64,000 nt of DNA from Paenibacillaceae bacterium (lineage in GTDB: Bacteria > Bacillota > Bacilli > Paenibacillales > UBA4045): contig JBBDTA010000109.1 of NCBI GenBank assembly GCA_040904605.1, positions 30,309-94,308 of the forward strand. Direction: 5' to 3'. The translations under genes and the position numbers were made by a program. This document shows, in pieces, positions 31,393-39,618 of this stretch (within the stretch, counting starts at the first letter, position 1; each line of letters begins with the position of its first letter). Below the pieces are notes generated by a model, which was not told where the DNA came from, did not search any database, and was given only the letters and a program-made list of their open reading frames with translations.

Positions 31393-31420
31393 AAACTCGC
31401 AATAGTTTGCGAGTTTTTTT
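31393..31420 (+). terminator. Rho-independent terminator after the tRNA pair
   Basis: AAACTCGCAA-TAG-TTTGCGAGTTT followed by TTTT. Confidence 0.85.
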
Positions 31421-31465
31421 GTTCTCCTGACATTCTTCTTCATGTACAGTCGGATTGAATTGTTG

Positions 31466-31828
31466 TTACCGCCCGCTCTCCATATCCACTCTCACGCCCT
31501 CACAATCCAATACATCGAGAACGAAGCTTTCTCGATCCATGTTCAACTGTGAATCGCCAAACATCGAATTCGTCACATCGACATAGGCTTGATGCTCCGC
31601 ATTATCGTACCAATCTATGGCCATAGTGGAATCATTCTTATATACCTGGCGTAAATTGTAGGTTGAACCTCCATCATTCTCTAGAACCGCTACAAACTTC
31701 TGTTCTGTACCCATATTCGCACTCTCTGCCGGCTGGTCACTAAGCTCCATCGAAAATTCGACCTCCGCGACAACCTTACCATCCGTTTCCACGGAACGCA
31801 TAAATCGGGCATTCTTAATTTTGTTCAT
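31466..31828 (-). CDS. Hypothetical protein (120 aa)
   Basis: ORF with a strong RBS (AAGGGAAGGGG) and leader-motif copy F in its 5' region. No domain recognised. Confidence 0.55.
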   Translation of the reverse strand: MNKIKNARFMRSVETDGKVVAEVEFSMELSDQPAESANMGTEQKFVAVLENDGGSTYNLRQVYKNDSTMAIDWYDNAEHQAYVDVTNSMFGDSQLNMDRESFVLDVLDCEGVRVDMESGR

Positions 31829-31851
31829 GTTCAGACCCCTTCCCTTTATCA

Positions 31852-31876
31852 GTTGTTACTTCGCAGCCATAAGCTT
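31852..31876 (-). repeat. Leader-motif copy F (partial)
   Basis: Minus strand reads AAGCTTATGGCTGCGAAGTAACAAC, 24-48 nt upstream of the 120-aa ORF start. Confidence 0.6.
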
Positions 31877-31979
31877 TTTGCGTTAGCATAACCAGGGGGA
31901 CAGACATTTTATACGTGTATTTCGCATAAATTTGGTATAACGTCGGGTCACAAGTATTATTCAGAAGAGGAGAACGTCT

Positions 31980-33833
31980 ATGTGTGGAATTACTGGTTGG
32001 ATCGACTGGAATATGGATCTAACGAAGCACCCAACAATCATTGAGAATATGACAGAAACACTCAAACCAAGAGGTCCTGATGCGGCAGGCACATGGATTA
32101 CAAGCCATTGCGCATTAGGCCACCGTCGCTTGAGTGTTATTGATCCTGAGAATGGAAAGCAGCCTATGATACGCAAACTCGATGGATATTCGTACGTCAT
32201 TGTATACAATGGGGAATTATACAACGCCCCAGAGCTTCGTCATGAGCTTCAGGTAAGAGGTCATCCTTTCACCACCTCTTGTGATACAGAAGTTTTATTG
32301 AATGCTTATGTCGAATGGGGCCCCGATTGTCTAGATCGCCTGAATGGCATATTCGCCTTTGGTGTATGGAATGATAAGGAACAATCATTATTCCTTGCTC
32401 GCGATCGTGTAGGTGTTAAGCCATTATTCTATACCCATAATGATAAAGGCATGTATGTATTCGGCTCGGAAATGAAAGCTATTCTGGCTCATCCTAAGGT
32501 AGAAGCGGCAGTTGGTCGTGAAGGTCTTGCTGAGATATTCGCAATCGGTCCAGCACGAACACCAGGGCATGGGATCTATAGCCATGTATTCGAGTTAAAG
32601 CCAGGCTGCTGTCTCATGATTGATCGGAATGGTTTACAGAAAAGAACATACTGGCGCCTAGTAAGCAGGGAACACGAGGACGATCTGGAGACTACAGCCG
32701 TTCATGTAAAAGCATTATTACAGGATACCGTTGAACGTCAGCTAGTCTCTGATGTGCCTATTTGCACTCTGCTTTCTGGAGGTTTAGATTCGAGCGCTCT
32801 TACAGCAATCGCATCTGAATATTACAGATCACACCAATTGGAGCCACTGCATACGTATTCGGTAGACTATGTAGATAATGACAAACACTTTAAAGAGAGT
32901 GCATTCCAACCGAATGCAGATGCGCCATGGATTGAGCGTATGAGCTCATATTCAGGTACAATCCATCACGATATCGCCTTCGATACACCCGAACTTGTTG
33001 AAGCATTGAAGGATGTGGTACACGCACGCGACATTCCCGGGATGGCTGATGTAGATGCCTCTCTATTACTGTTCTGTAAGGAGATCAAGAAGGGGGCAAC
33101 TGTTGCGATCTCTGGAGAAGCAGCGGACGAAATATTCGGCGGATATCCATGGTTTTACAGAGAGGATGCTCTACAAGCTAACACCTTTCCTTGGTCTCTG
33201 GGGACGAGAGATCGCATCAATCTATTCTCAGAGGATTTCAATGCGTGGATTCAACCTTCACAATATGTAGTTAATCGTTACGAAGAAGCGCTTGCTGAGG
33301 TTCCTCGGTTGGCGTCAGAGAATGCCACGGAATCTCGTATGAGAGAGATGTCCTATCTGAATATTACCCGGTTTATGCCTACCTTGCTTGATCGCAAGGA
33401 TCGAATGAGTATGGCCGTTGGACTAGAGGTTCGCGTACCCTATTGTGATCATCGTCTAATCGAATATGTATGGAATATCCCATGGGAGATGAAGAATGCT
33501 GGTAACCGTGCCAAAGGGATTCTGCGACAAGCTCTAGAGGGCATACTCCCGTACGAAGTGCTAACACGCCGAAAAAGTCCATACCCCAAAACACATAACC
33601 CTAATTATCTAGTTGCTATGAAATCAAAGGTATTAAACATTCTTGACGATACATCGTCACCTCTACTCCCATTTATTGATGTTAAAAAAATTCGCAAATT
33701 AGCAGATTTAGATGCCGCTGAATTTAATTTGCCTTGGTTCGGTCAATTAATGACGGGTCCTCAGCTGTTTGCATATCTGTATCAAATTGATTATTGGTTG
33801 AGAGAATATAAGATCACAGTCCTAGCTGATTAA
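31980..33833 (+). CDS. asnB: Asparagine synthase (glutamine-hydrolysing)
   Basis: N-terminal nucleophile MCGI and PP-loop SGGLDSS; 617 aa. A candidate extended -10 (TGGTATAAC) lies at 31933-31941. Confidence 0.93.
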   Translation: MCGITGWIDWNMDLTKHPTIIENMTETLKPRGPDAAGTWITSHCALGHRRLSVIDPENGKQPMIRKLDGYSYVIVYNGELYNAPELRHELQVRGHPFTTSCDTEVLLNAYVEWGPDCLDRLNGIFAFGVWNDKEQSLFLARDRVGVKPLFYTHNDKGMYVFGSEMKAILAHPKVEAAVGREGLAEIFAIGPARTPGHGIYSHVFELKPGCCLMIDRNGLQKRTYWRLVSREHEDDLETTAVHVKALLQDTVERQLVSDVPICTLLSGGLDSSALTAIASEYYRSHQLEPLHTYSVDYVDNDKHFKESAFQPNADAPWIERMSSYSGTIHHDIAFDTPELVEALKDVVHARDIPGMADVDASLLLFCKEIKKGATVAISGEAADEIFGGYPWFYREDALQANTFPWSLGTRDRINLFSEDFNAWIQPSQYVVNRYEEALAEVPRLASENATESRMREMSYLNITRFMPTLLDRKDRMSMAVGLEVRVPYCDHRLIEYVWNIPWEMKNAGNRAKGILRQALEGILPYEVLTRRKSPYPKTHNPNYLVAMKSKVLNILDDTSSPLLPFIDVKKIRKLADLDAAEFNLPWFGQLMTGPQLFAYLYQIDYWLREYKITVLAD

Positions 33834-34467
33834 CCAAGCTGTCCAACGCTTTACCCCGATGACTAATCGTATTCTTCTCCGCTATAGTCAGTTCGGCCAT
33901 GGTTCGACCGAATTCAGGTAGGTAAAATATCGGATCGTATCCGAATCCACCCTCTCCACATGGCTGATCAACAATCCATCCTGGGCAGGTTTCTTCTACT
34001 CTGATTATCATGTCCTTCGAGGGATCATAGAGCACAAGTGCACATGCAAAATAGGCAGGACTAAGTAGCTTGTAACCCAGGGGATGGATGGGCATTATGA
34101 GGCTATCGTAATCTCCGACCACAGACAGATGATCTAGCTCCTGCAGCAATTTAATCACATTATCTTCATCAGTAGCCTGCTCTCCCGCATATCTTGCCGA
34201 GTATACTCCAGGCTGACCTTGTAAGGTCTCCACACATAATCCAGAATCGTCGGCTAATGAGATCAAATTCAGTGCAGTACCGATGATTCTGGCTTTTTTC
34301 TCTGCATTTTCTAGGAATGTATGACCGTCTTCCACGACGGAGGGTACACCAGCGAAATCAGACAAGCTATAAATCTCACAGTTCATTCCCTTCAATCGGT
34401 GGACGAATTCCTTCACTTTCCCCTTATTCGTCGTTGCTACAACAAGCCGTGAAGATGAGTTTAGCAT
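33814..34467 (-). CDS. rdgB: XTP/dITP diphosphatase (RdgB/HAM1 family)
   Basis: Motifs ATTNKGKVKEF and FGYDPIF. It lies directly downstream of rph, as in B. subtilis rph-ysnA. The ATG at 34467 is preceded by GGGGGA. Confidence 0.9.
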   Translation of the reverse strand: MLNSSSRLVVATTNKGKVKEFVHRLKGMNCEIYSLSDFAGVPSVVEDGHTFLENAEKKARIIGTALNLISLADDSGLCVETLQGQPGVYSARYAGEQATDEDNVIKLLQELDHLSVVGDYDSLIMPIHPLGYKLLSPAYFACALVLYDPSKDMIIRVEETCPGWIVDQPCGEGGFGYDPIFYLPEFGRTMAELTIAEKNTISHRGKALDSLVNQLGL

Positions 34468-34469
34468 CA

Positions 34470-35207
34470 CTATTCCCCCAAACTAATACCAATAAGCGCT
34501 AAGGTCTGTTTTTGGATTTCAACAAGCTGCTGTATACCTAGATCGGACAAGGCGAGTAGCTGGTCCAGCTCTTCTCTAGAGAAAGGTGACTCTTCACCAG
34601 TGCCCTGAATTTCCACTAAAGCGCCGGAACCTGTCATGACTACATTCATGTCTACCTTCGCCTTGGAATCCTCTTCATAGCATAGATCAACTCTTGGCTC
34701 ATTATCGATCACTCCCGCACTAACGGATGCAAGGAAATCGGTGACAGGTATCCGTGGAAGCTTACCGTCCTTCACCAGCTTATTCATTGCTATTACCATG
34801 GCCACAAAAGCGCCCGTAATTGAAGTCGTTCTAGTCCCACCATCAGCTTGGAGCACATCACAATCTAAAGTTAATGTGCGTTCTCCGAGCTTGTCCAGCT
34901 CAACGACTGAACGAAGAGCTCTACCAATCAGACGCTGTATTTCCATCGTTCTTCCGCTAAGCTTACCCTTCGCCGCTTCACGTTGGTTTCTCGTATGTGT
35001 TGCTCTAGGCAGCATGGCATATTCTGCAGTGACCCAGCCCTTGCCTTGACCTTTCATAAAGGAAGGAACCTTCTCCTCCAATGAGGCTGTACACAATACA
35101 CGAGTTTCACCAAACTCAATAAGTACTGAACCCTCAGCATATTTATTCACATTAGGTGTAATGGAAACGGATCTCAACTCATTTCCCTTGCGACCATTAG
35201 TTCTCAA
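34470..35207 (-). CDS. rph: Ribonuclease PH
   Basis: Motifs [15 protein letters not shown] and DGGTRT. I prefer the TTG at 35207 (AGGGG plus 9-nt spacer, giving [12 protein letters not shown]) over the ORF-track TTG at 35216. Confidence 0.93.
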   Translation of the reverse strand: MRTNGRKGNELRSVSITPNVNKYAEGSVLIEFGETRVLCTASLEEKVPSFMKGQGKGWVTAEYAMLPRATHTRNQREAAKGKLSGRTMEIQRLIGRALRSVVELDKLGERTLTLDCDVLQADGGTRTTSITGAFVAMVIAMNKLVKDGKLPRIPVTDFLASVSAGVIDNEPRVDLCYEEDSKAKVDMNVVMTGSGALVEIQGTGEESPFSREELDQLLALSDLGIQQLVEIQKQTLALIGISLGE

Positions 35208-35216
35208 TATTAACAA

Positions 35217-35304
35217 CCCCTAAAAGTTTTTGATGACTGCGCGAGCAGTCGATAAAACTACTTCGAAAGCATAAGCTTAGTTTTAGATTTACTTTATTCT
35301 ACCA
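35217..35304 (-). repeat. Promoter/5'-leader cassette copy A (full) upstream of rph
   Basis: Minus strand reads TGGTAGAATAAAGTAAATCTAAAACTAAGCTTATGCTTTCGAAGTAGTTTTATCGACTGCTCGCGCAGTCATCAAAAACTTTTAGGGG. It has an extended -10 (TGGTAGAAT) at 35296-35304 and a GACTGC-TCGC-GCAGTC hairpin. Confidence 0.85.
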
Positions 35305-35357
35305 AACCCGCCCCATAATTACACCATTAATGCACCACTATAAAAAGCATCTCATAC

Positions 35358-35393
35358 AAAGTGCCTCTACTCTGAATAACGTAGGGGCACTTT
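35358..35393 (-). terminator. Terminator downstream of gerM
   Basis: Minus strand reads AAAGTGCCCCTAC-10 nt-GTAGAGGCACTTT (one mismatch) followed by GTATGAG. The T-tail is weak. Confidence 0.55.
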
Positions 35394-35463
35394 ATGACTT
35401 ACATATTGTGATGCTTAATAATAAATTTTATACTATAATTGACTGCGAATAGTCCCATGATGA

Positions 35464-36519
35464 CTACAATTTCTGAGGATTCACCTGTGATGGACGGCTA
35501 ACCGGTGTCGAATAATTGACATTATCAGAAGCTGCTGCTACCGCTTGACCATCAATCATGATCTGAACTTTGGGGACGCCTATTTGTTCAGTCAATGATA
35601 GCACTAGAGCTTGCAGGCTATCTGCCGAAACTTTATGATCTGAACCTATAATATTGCGGCCGAAATTTACGATAACCGTATCTTCCTTTTGTTCAACATT
35701 TAGTACTTCAGTCGTAGACGCCATAACACTAGAAAGCTGTGATTCATCCACAGGTCCCTTCACTAGTTCATGTACAGCTGCTGCAGTCATATCTTCTGTG
35801 TGTGGAATAAGGCGAGTGACCGGCACATAATACGTATAATTGTCTGTATTCTGACTTTGAAAATATAATGTCACTGCCGATGCTAATGCAGGATTTACAT
35901 CCTGAGTTCTCTCTAGATTTATTCCCATCCCTCTAGTCAGAGGCTCATCCAGAGGTGTTCCATCAACTGGCATTTGTTTGAGCACTCTGCCAGCCACCCA
36001 AATTTCTACCTTGTTGACGGATTTGAAGCCAGTTAACGTCCAAGTAATAGCTTCTAGAATTTTGCGTTCATCCTGAGGATTATACTGGGTAAAGTGCTCA
36101 GAGAAATCCACAATGGCCAGACCATTATTGGTTATATTCGTAACTATGGTCGTCCCTTTGGGTATGAGTGCACTAAATCCAGACGGTAATAGTCCTTCCG
36201 CAGGTCCTCCATCGACCATATACTCCAATGCAAGCTCCGCAATCTTCTCCTCAGCAGGTATTCTCAGTCCTATCGGAGCAACATAACCCTGGGCATCCTT
36301 GTAATACAACGTTACTGGTGCCAGCTGCTCGGGTTCAGCCATAACTTCTTCATCTGCTTCGTCCGTGAATATTTCTGTTTCCAGCTCATAATCTACCTGG
36401 GGCGGATCAATCTGCGTGCTGGTCTCCTCAGCTCCAAACCATCCGCATCCCGACAGAAGAAGTGGAATCGATACGAGACCTACAAGCAAGAACCGGCGAA
36501 TGAAACGAATATGCTTCAT
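35464..36519 (-). CDS. gerM: Germination/sporulation lipoprotein GerM-like
   Basis: Lipobox LLLSGCGW; 351 aa; located upstream of rph as in B. subtilis gerM-rph. The two GerMN-type halves are inferred from size and position only. Confidence 0.7.
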   Translation of the reverse strand: MKHIRFIRRFLLVGLVSIPLLLSGCGWFGAEETSTQIDPPQVDYELETEIFTDEADEEVMAEPEQLAPVTLYYKDAQGYVAPIGLRIPAEEKIAELALEYMVDGGPAEGLLPSGFSALIPKGTTIVTNITNNGLAIVDFSEHFTQYNPQDERKILEAITWTLTGFKSVNKVEIWVAGRVLKQMPVDGTPLDEPLTRGMGINLERTQDVNPALASAVTLYFQSQNTDNYTYYVPVTRLIPHTEDMTAAAVHELVKGPVDESQLSSVMASTTEVLNVEQKEDTVIVNFGRNIIGSDHKVSADSLQALVLSLTEQIGVPKVQIMIDGQAVAAASDNVNYSTPVSRPSQVNPQKL

Positions 36520-36527
36520 GGTTACGA

Positions 36528-36615
36528 CCTCCTAAAGTTTTTGATGACTGCGCGAGCAGTCGATAAAACTAACTTTGTAAGCATATGCTAGTTTTTGAAG
36601 CATCTTATTCCTATG
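36528..36615 (-). repeat. Promoter/5'-leader cassette copy B (full) upstream of gerM
   Basis: Minus strand reads CATAGGAATAAGATGCTTCAAAAACTAGCATATGCTTACAAAGTTAGTTTTATCGACTGCTCGCGCAGTCATCAAAAACTTTAGGAGG. It shares a 38-nt perfect block with copy A. Confidence 0.85.
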
Positions 36616-36769
36616 TATACGAGCCTAGCTTGTTTTTATACCGGATTTGTCCACGAAACTAGCTTATGTTTTAAAACATCATTTATCTAACGTCATGAAT
36701 ATGTTACGATGAGGAACATTACGGTCAAAGTTAAACTTATACTTATGATATTTTTTTGGGGGGATCCAC

Positions 36770-37315
36770 TTGGCTTATAATCTCAATAGCAAAAAAGTAG
36801 CGGAAGCAACAGATTCGTGGTTAGCTCAGAGGGGAGTAACTAAGCATCATATTGCCGAGCTGGTTCTGATGCTGCAGAAGGATTATTTTCCGGACTTAAC
36901 GATAGAAGAATGTATTCATAATGTGGATATGGTTTTAACGAAGAGGGAAGTTCAGAATGCTTTATTGACCGGCATACAGCTTGACATCTTGGCAGAGGAA
37001 GGAAAACTATTGCAGCCGCTGCAAGATATGATACAGCACGATGAAGGACTATATGGCTGCGATGAAATTCTGGCCTTATCTATTGTTAATGTATATGGGA
37101 GTATTGGTATGACTAATTTCGGTTATGTGGATAAGCTTAAGCCGGGGATATTGAAGGATTTGAACAGAAAGGGCGGGCCCCAATGTCATACATTCCTCGA
37201 TGATATCGTTGGAGCCATAGCTGCTTCGGCAAGCAGCCGAATTGCCCATCGTATGCAGGAGAATAAAGAAGAAGAAATGGCAAAGCTCAATGAAGAGCAA
37301 CAACAGCAGCAGTAA
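36770..37315 (+). CDS. Phosphatidylglycerophosphatase A-family protein (YutG-like)
   Basis: Region KREVQNALLTGIQLDILAE ... DEILALSIVNVYGSIGMTNFGYVDKLKPGIL, recalled from memory as YutG/PgpA-like. TTG start after GGGGGGA; poly-Q C-terminus. Confidence 0.65.
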   Translation: MAYNLNSKKVAEATDSWLAQRGVTKHHIAELVLMLQKDYFPDLTIEECIHNVDMVLTKREVQNALLTGIQLDILAEEGKLLQPLQDMIQHDEGLYGCDEILALSIVNVYGSIGMTNFGYVDKLKPGILKDLNRKGGPQCHTFLDDIVGAIAASASSRIAHRMQENKEEEMAKLNEEQQQQQ

Positions 37316-37333
37316 CAGTTAGAAGTTGAACGA

Positions 37334-38326
37334 TTATTCACTCACCCGACGATAGTAGATAGTATTGTCCCGCAGCATCTCAACCAATCTTCCTGATTCA
37401 CGCAGGTAAGCCAGATGGGCCAGCGTTTCCACCATGGCAAAGCGGAGCTGGTGAATCGACAATTTGGTTCCAAAAAACTTCAAGCAAAGCTCATAAGCAG
37501 AACGTGGTTCATCTACCATTACAACCAAACGATCTAATCGATCATGATGATGAGCGATGATTTCGTGGCAGCGCTGCGTGAAGCCTGCAAAAGGGTCGCG
37601 ATGACCCGGATAAGCATTCGTGACATATAATCCCGATATGATCTCCAGACTGTTTAGAAAGGAATGCAGTGGATTGTCATCTATACCTGGTAGCAGACCG
37701 ATGTTCGGTGTAATCTGAGGAAGCACATGATCTCCACAGAATACCACTCCACTAGCTTCTTGATAGAAGATAAGGTGACCATAAGCATGACCTGGTGTGT
37801 GGATGGGCTGATAATACTGATCGCCAAGTAAGAATAATTTATTGTCCTGAATCAAGTTGACTTCAGGCTGAGGTGATACGAGTTCGATAAACCCTTCCAT
37901 ATGTTCGAGAAGTGTATCTCCAACCTGCGATTCCATACCATGCAGCATGAACAAAGCGTGCAAATCCATTGTGCCGCTTCGGTAAGCGCCCCATAGATAG
38001 TCAACTTGCCGTTTCCCCGCTTCAGACATCCATACCTGCGCCCCAGATTCCTGTTGCAACCAGCCTGCTAAGCCATAATGATCGGGATGATGATGGGTTA
38101 AGACAATTTGCTCAATATCCGAAAAATTCATATTCATTAACCGCAGAGCCTCGAGCCAGCTAGCTATCGCATCGGTCGTATGTATGCCTGGATCAATGAC
38201 CGTGTAGCCTTCAAAACCCTTCACGACATAAGCATTCACCCAGCGGAGTGGAAATGGTAACGGGATCTTCACTTGAAATATATGTTCTGTACGTTGATCA
38301 ACTAAATTCCGATTATTCATCATCAC
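37334..38326 (-). CDS. MBL-fold metallo-hydrolase
   Basis: THHHPDHYG metal-binding motif; 330 aa. Confidence 0.85.
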   Translation of the reverse strand: MMMNNRNLVDQRTEHIFQVKIPLPFPLRWVNAYVVKGFEGYTVIDPGIHTTDAIASWLEALRLMNMNFSDIEQIVLTHHHPDHYGLAGWLQQESGAQVWMSEAGKRQVDYLWGAYRSGTMDLHALFMLHGMESQVGDTLLEHMEGFIELVSPQPEVNLIQDNKLFLLGDQYYQPIHTPGHAYGHLIFYQEASGVVFCGDHVLPQITPNIGLLPGIDDNPLHSFLNSLEIISGLYVTNAYPGHRDPFAGFTQRCHEIIAHHHDRLDRLVVMVDEPRSAYELCLKFFGTKLSIHQLRFAMVETLAHLAYLRESGRLVEMLRDNTIYYRRVSE

Positions 38327-39061
38327 TTATACCTTCCTAGAACCAACCATAATGAGTCTTGCTGATGTTGCATGCTCATAAACCGAGCCTTCATAATCAC
38401 CATAAACCTCAGAAATTTCTAAAGAAGTGGAGGCGAGCATGTGTACGAAATCAGATAATTCATACAGCTTAACCTGCTCCGAATATCGCCGCTCTGGTTT
38501 AGAAGCTTCCGTCATCACGATATCTTTTTTCACACTGCCATCCTCTATCCGACGATACTCCTTAATTGTAATATCCCCTTCTAGACGTTCTGAATAAGGA
38601 ACCAGCTTTCTTCTCACGGATTCAGGATTCAGAAAATCGATGAGAAACCGTCCCTCGGGTTTAACCAACCGTTGAATCTCATGAAGCACTTGTGTGTTCT
38701 CAGCCATATCGCCAAAATATCCAAAGGAAGTAAACAGGTTCACAACTGCATCGAAGGTCTCATCTAGAGGAACGGCGCGCATATCACCATGCACCCACCG
38801 TACAGCTTTATTCACATCCGTATTCCGCGCTTCATGCAACAACACCTCAGACAAATCCATCCCTGTCACCTTATATCCAAGGTTAGTAAGTGCAAGCGAA
38901 TGACGTCCCATCCCACAGCACAAATCGAATACTTCCGCACCTACAGGTAATTGCAGCCATCTTGCCATTGCTTCTACCTCTCGGTAGGCTCCAGCAAAAT
39001 CACGATGCTTGTAAACGAGTAAATAATCTTCTCCAAAGCTCATCTCGTACCAATCCGTCAT
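38327..39061 (-). CDS. Class I SAM-dependent methyltransferase
   Basis: Motif I VFDLCCGMGRH; 244 aa; abuts the MBL hydrolase gene. An extended -10 (TGTTATAAT) lies at 39108-39116. Confidence 0.85.
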   Translation of the reverse strand: MTDWYEMSFGEDYLLVYKHRDFAGAYREVEAMARWLQLPVGAEVFDLCCGMGRHSLALTNLGYKVTGMDLSEVLLHEARNTDVNKAVRWVHGDMRAVPLDETFDAVVNLFTSFGYFGDMAENTQVLHEIQRLVKPEGRFLIDFLNPESVRRKLVPYSERLEGDITIKEYRRIEDGSVKKDIVMTEASKPERRYSEQVKLYELSDFVHMLASTSLEISEVYGDYEGSVYEHATSARLIMVGSRKV

Positions 39062-39278
39062 GATGAATACCCTCCACAGAAATACCTACTTCAAATTCAA
39101 CTTATTAATTATAACATTCATTGTGATATGATGGGGATATACAAAGGAACAATCAGGAGGGTTCGAAGTCGCTGCACCAGAAAAACCTCCTGATCCATCT
39201 ATCCGGGCAACCGAATAGAATGAATGAGAAGGTTTTCACCTAGAAAGAATTGTAAAGCCGACGGAGTAAGAACAGCGT

Positions 39279-39503
39279 TCAAATCTGAAGTTCACCGAGT
39301 CTAATTAATTCGACGACAGCTTGAGATCGACCTTTCACGTTCAGTTTCTGCATGACGTTGGAAATGTGATTTCGCACCGTTTTTTCACTGATAAATAACA
39401 GCTGGGCGATATCTTTCGTCGTCTTATCCTGAACGAGCAGTTCGAAAACCTCGCGTTCTCGGTTCGTTAACAAAAATTTGCTTCTGTGGTCGCTACCCTT
39501 CAA
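39279..39503 (-). CDS. gerE: Spore-coat transcription regulator GerE (LuxR-type HTH)
   Basis: 74 aa, near-colinear with B. subtilis GerE (LLTNREREVFELLVQDKTTKDIAQLLFISEKTVRNHISNVMQKLNVKGRSQAVVELIRLGEL). Confidence 0.93.
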   Translation of the reverse strand: MKGSDHRSKFLLTNREREVFELLVQDKTTKDIAQLLFISEKTVRNHISNVMQKLNVKGRSQAVVELIRLGELQI

Positions 39504-39568
39504 TAGTGGTCACCCCTCCTTGCTCGGGCCTTATAACATATTACAAGGTGAAGGGATACAGTCAAATT

Positions 39569-39577
39569 TATACTATG
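39569..39577 (-). promoter_or_regulatory. Sigma-K-type -10 element upstream of gerE
   Basis: Minus strand reads CATAGTATA, which fits the CATAnnnTA consensus, with AC-containing sequence about 17 nt upstream. B. subtilis gerE is sigma-K dependent. Confidence 0.5.
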
Positions 39578-39618
39578 AAGGGCAGCGCGCATTGGTGTAT
39601 TCTTTGTTATAAAATGGG

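Noticed and set aside
35262-35272. Reading the TTTCGAA, TTACGAA and TTGCGAA parts of the cassette as Spo0A boxes (TGTCGAA) or as a cre site.
   Set aside because: Each copy deviates from the 0A box at the invariant G, and the copies vary at the other positions. The cre consensus fits poorly. It is worth a position-weight-matrix scan but is not supportable by eye.
39161-39203. 9-bp stem ATCAGGAGG...CCTCCTGAT with a 25-nt loop downstream of gerE, considered as a riboswitch-like element.
   Set aside because: It is most simply a weak, U-poor gerE terminator or 3' stabiliser. No conserved riboswitch core is recognisable.
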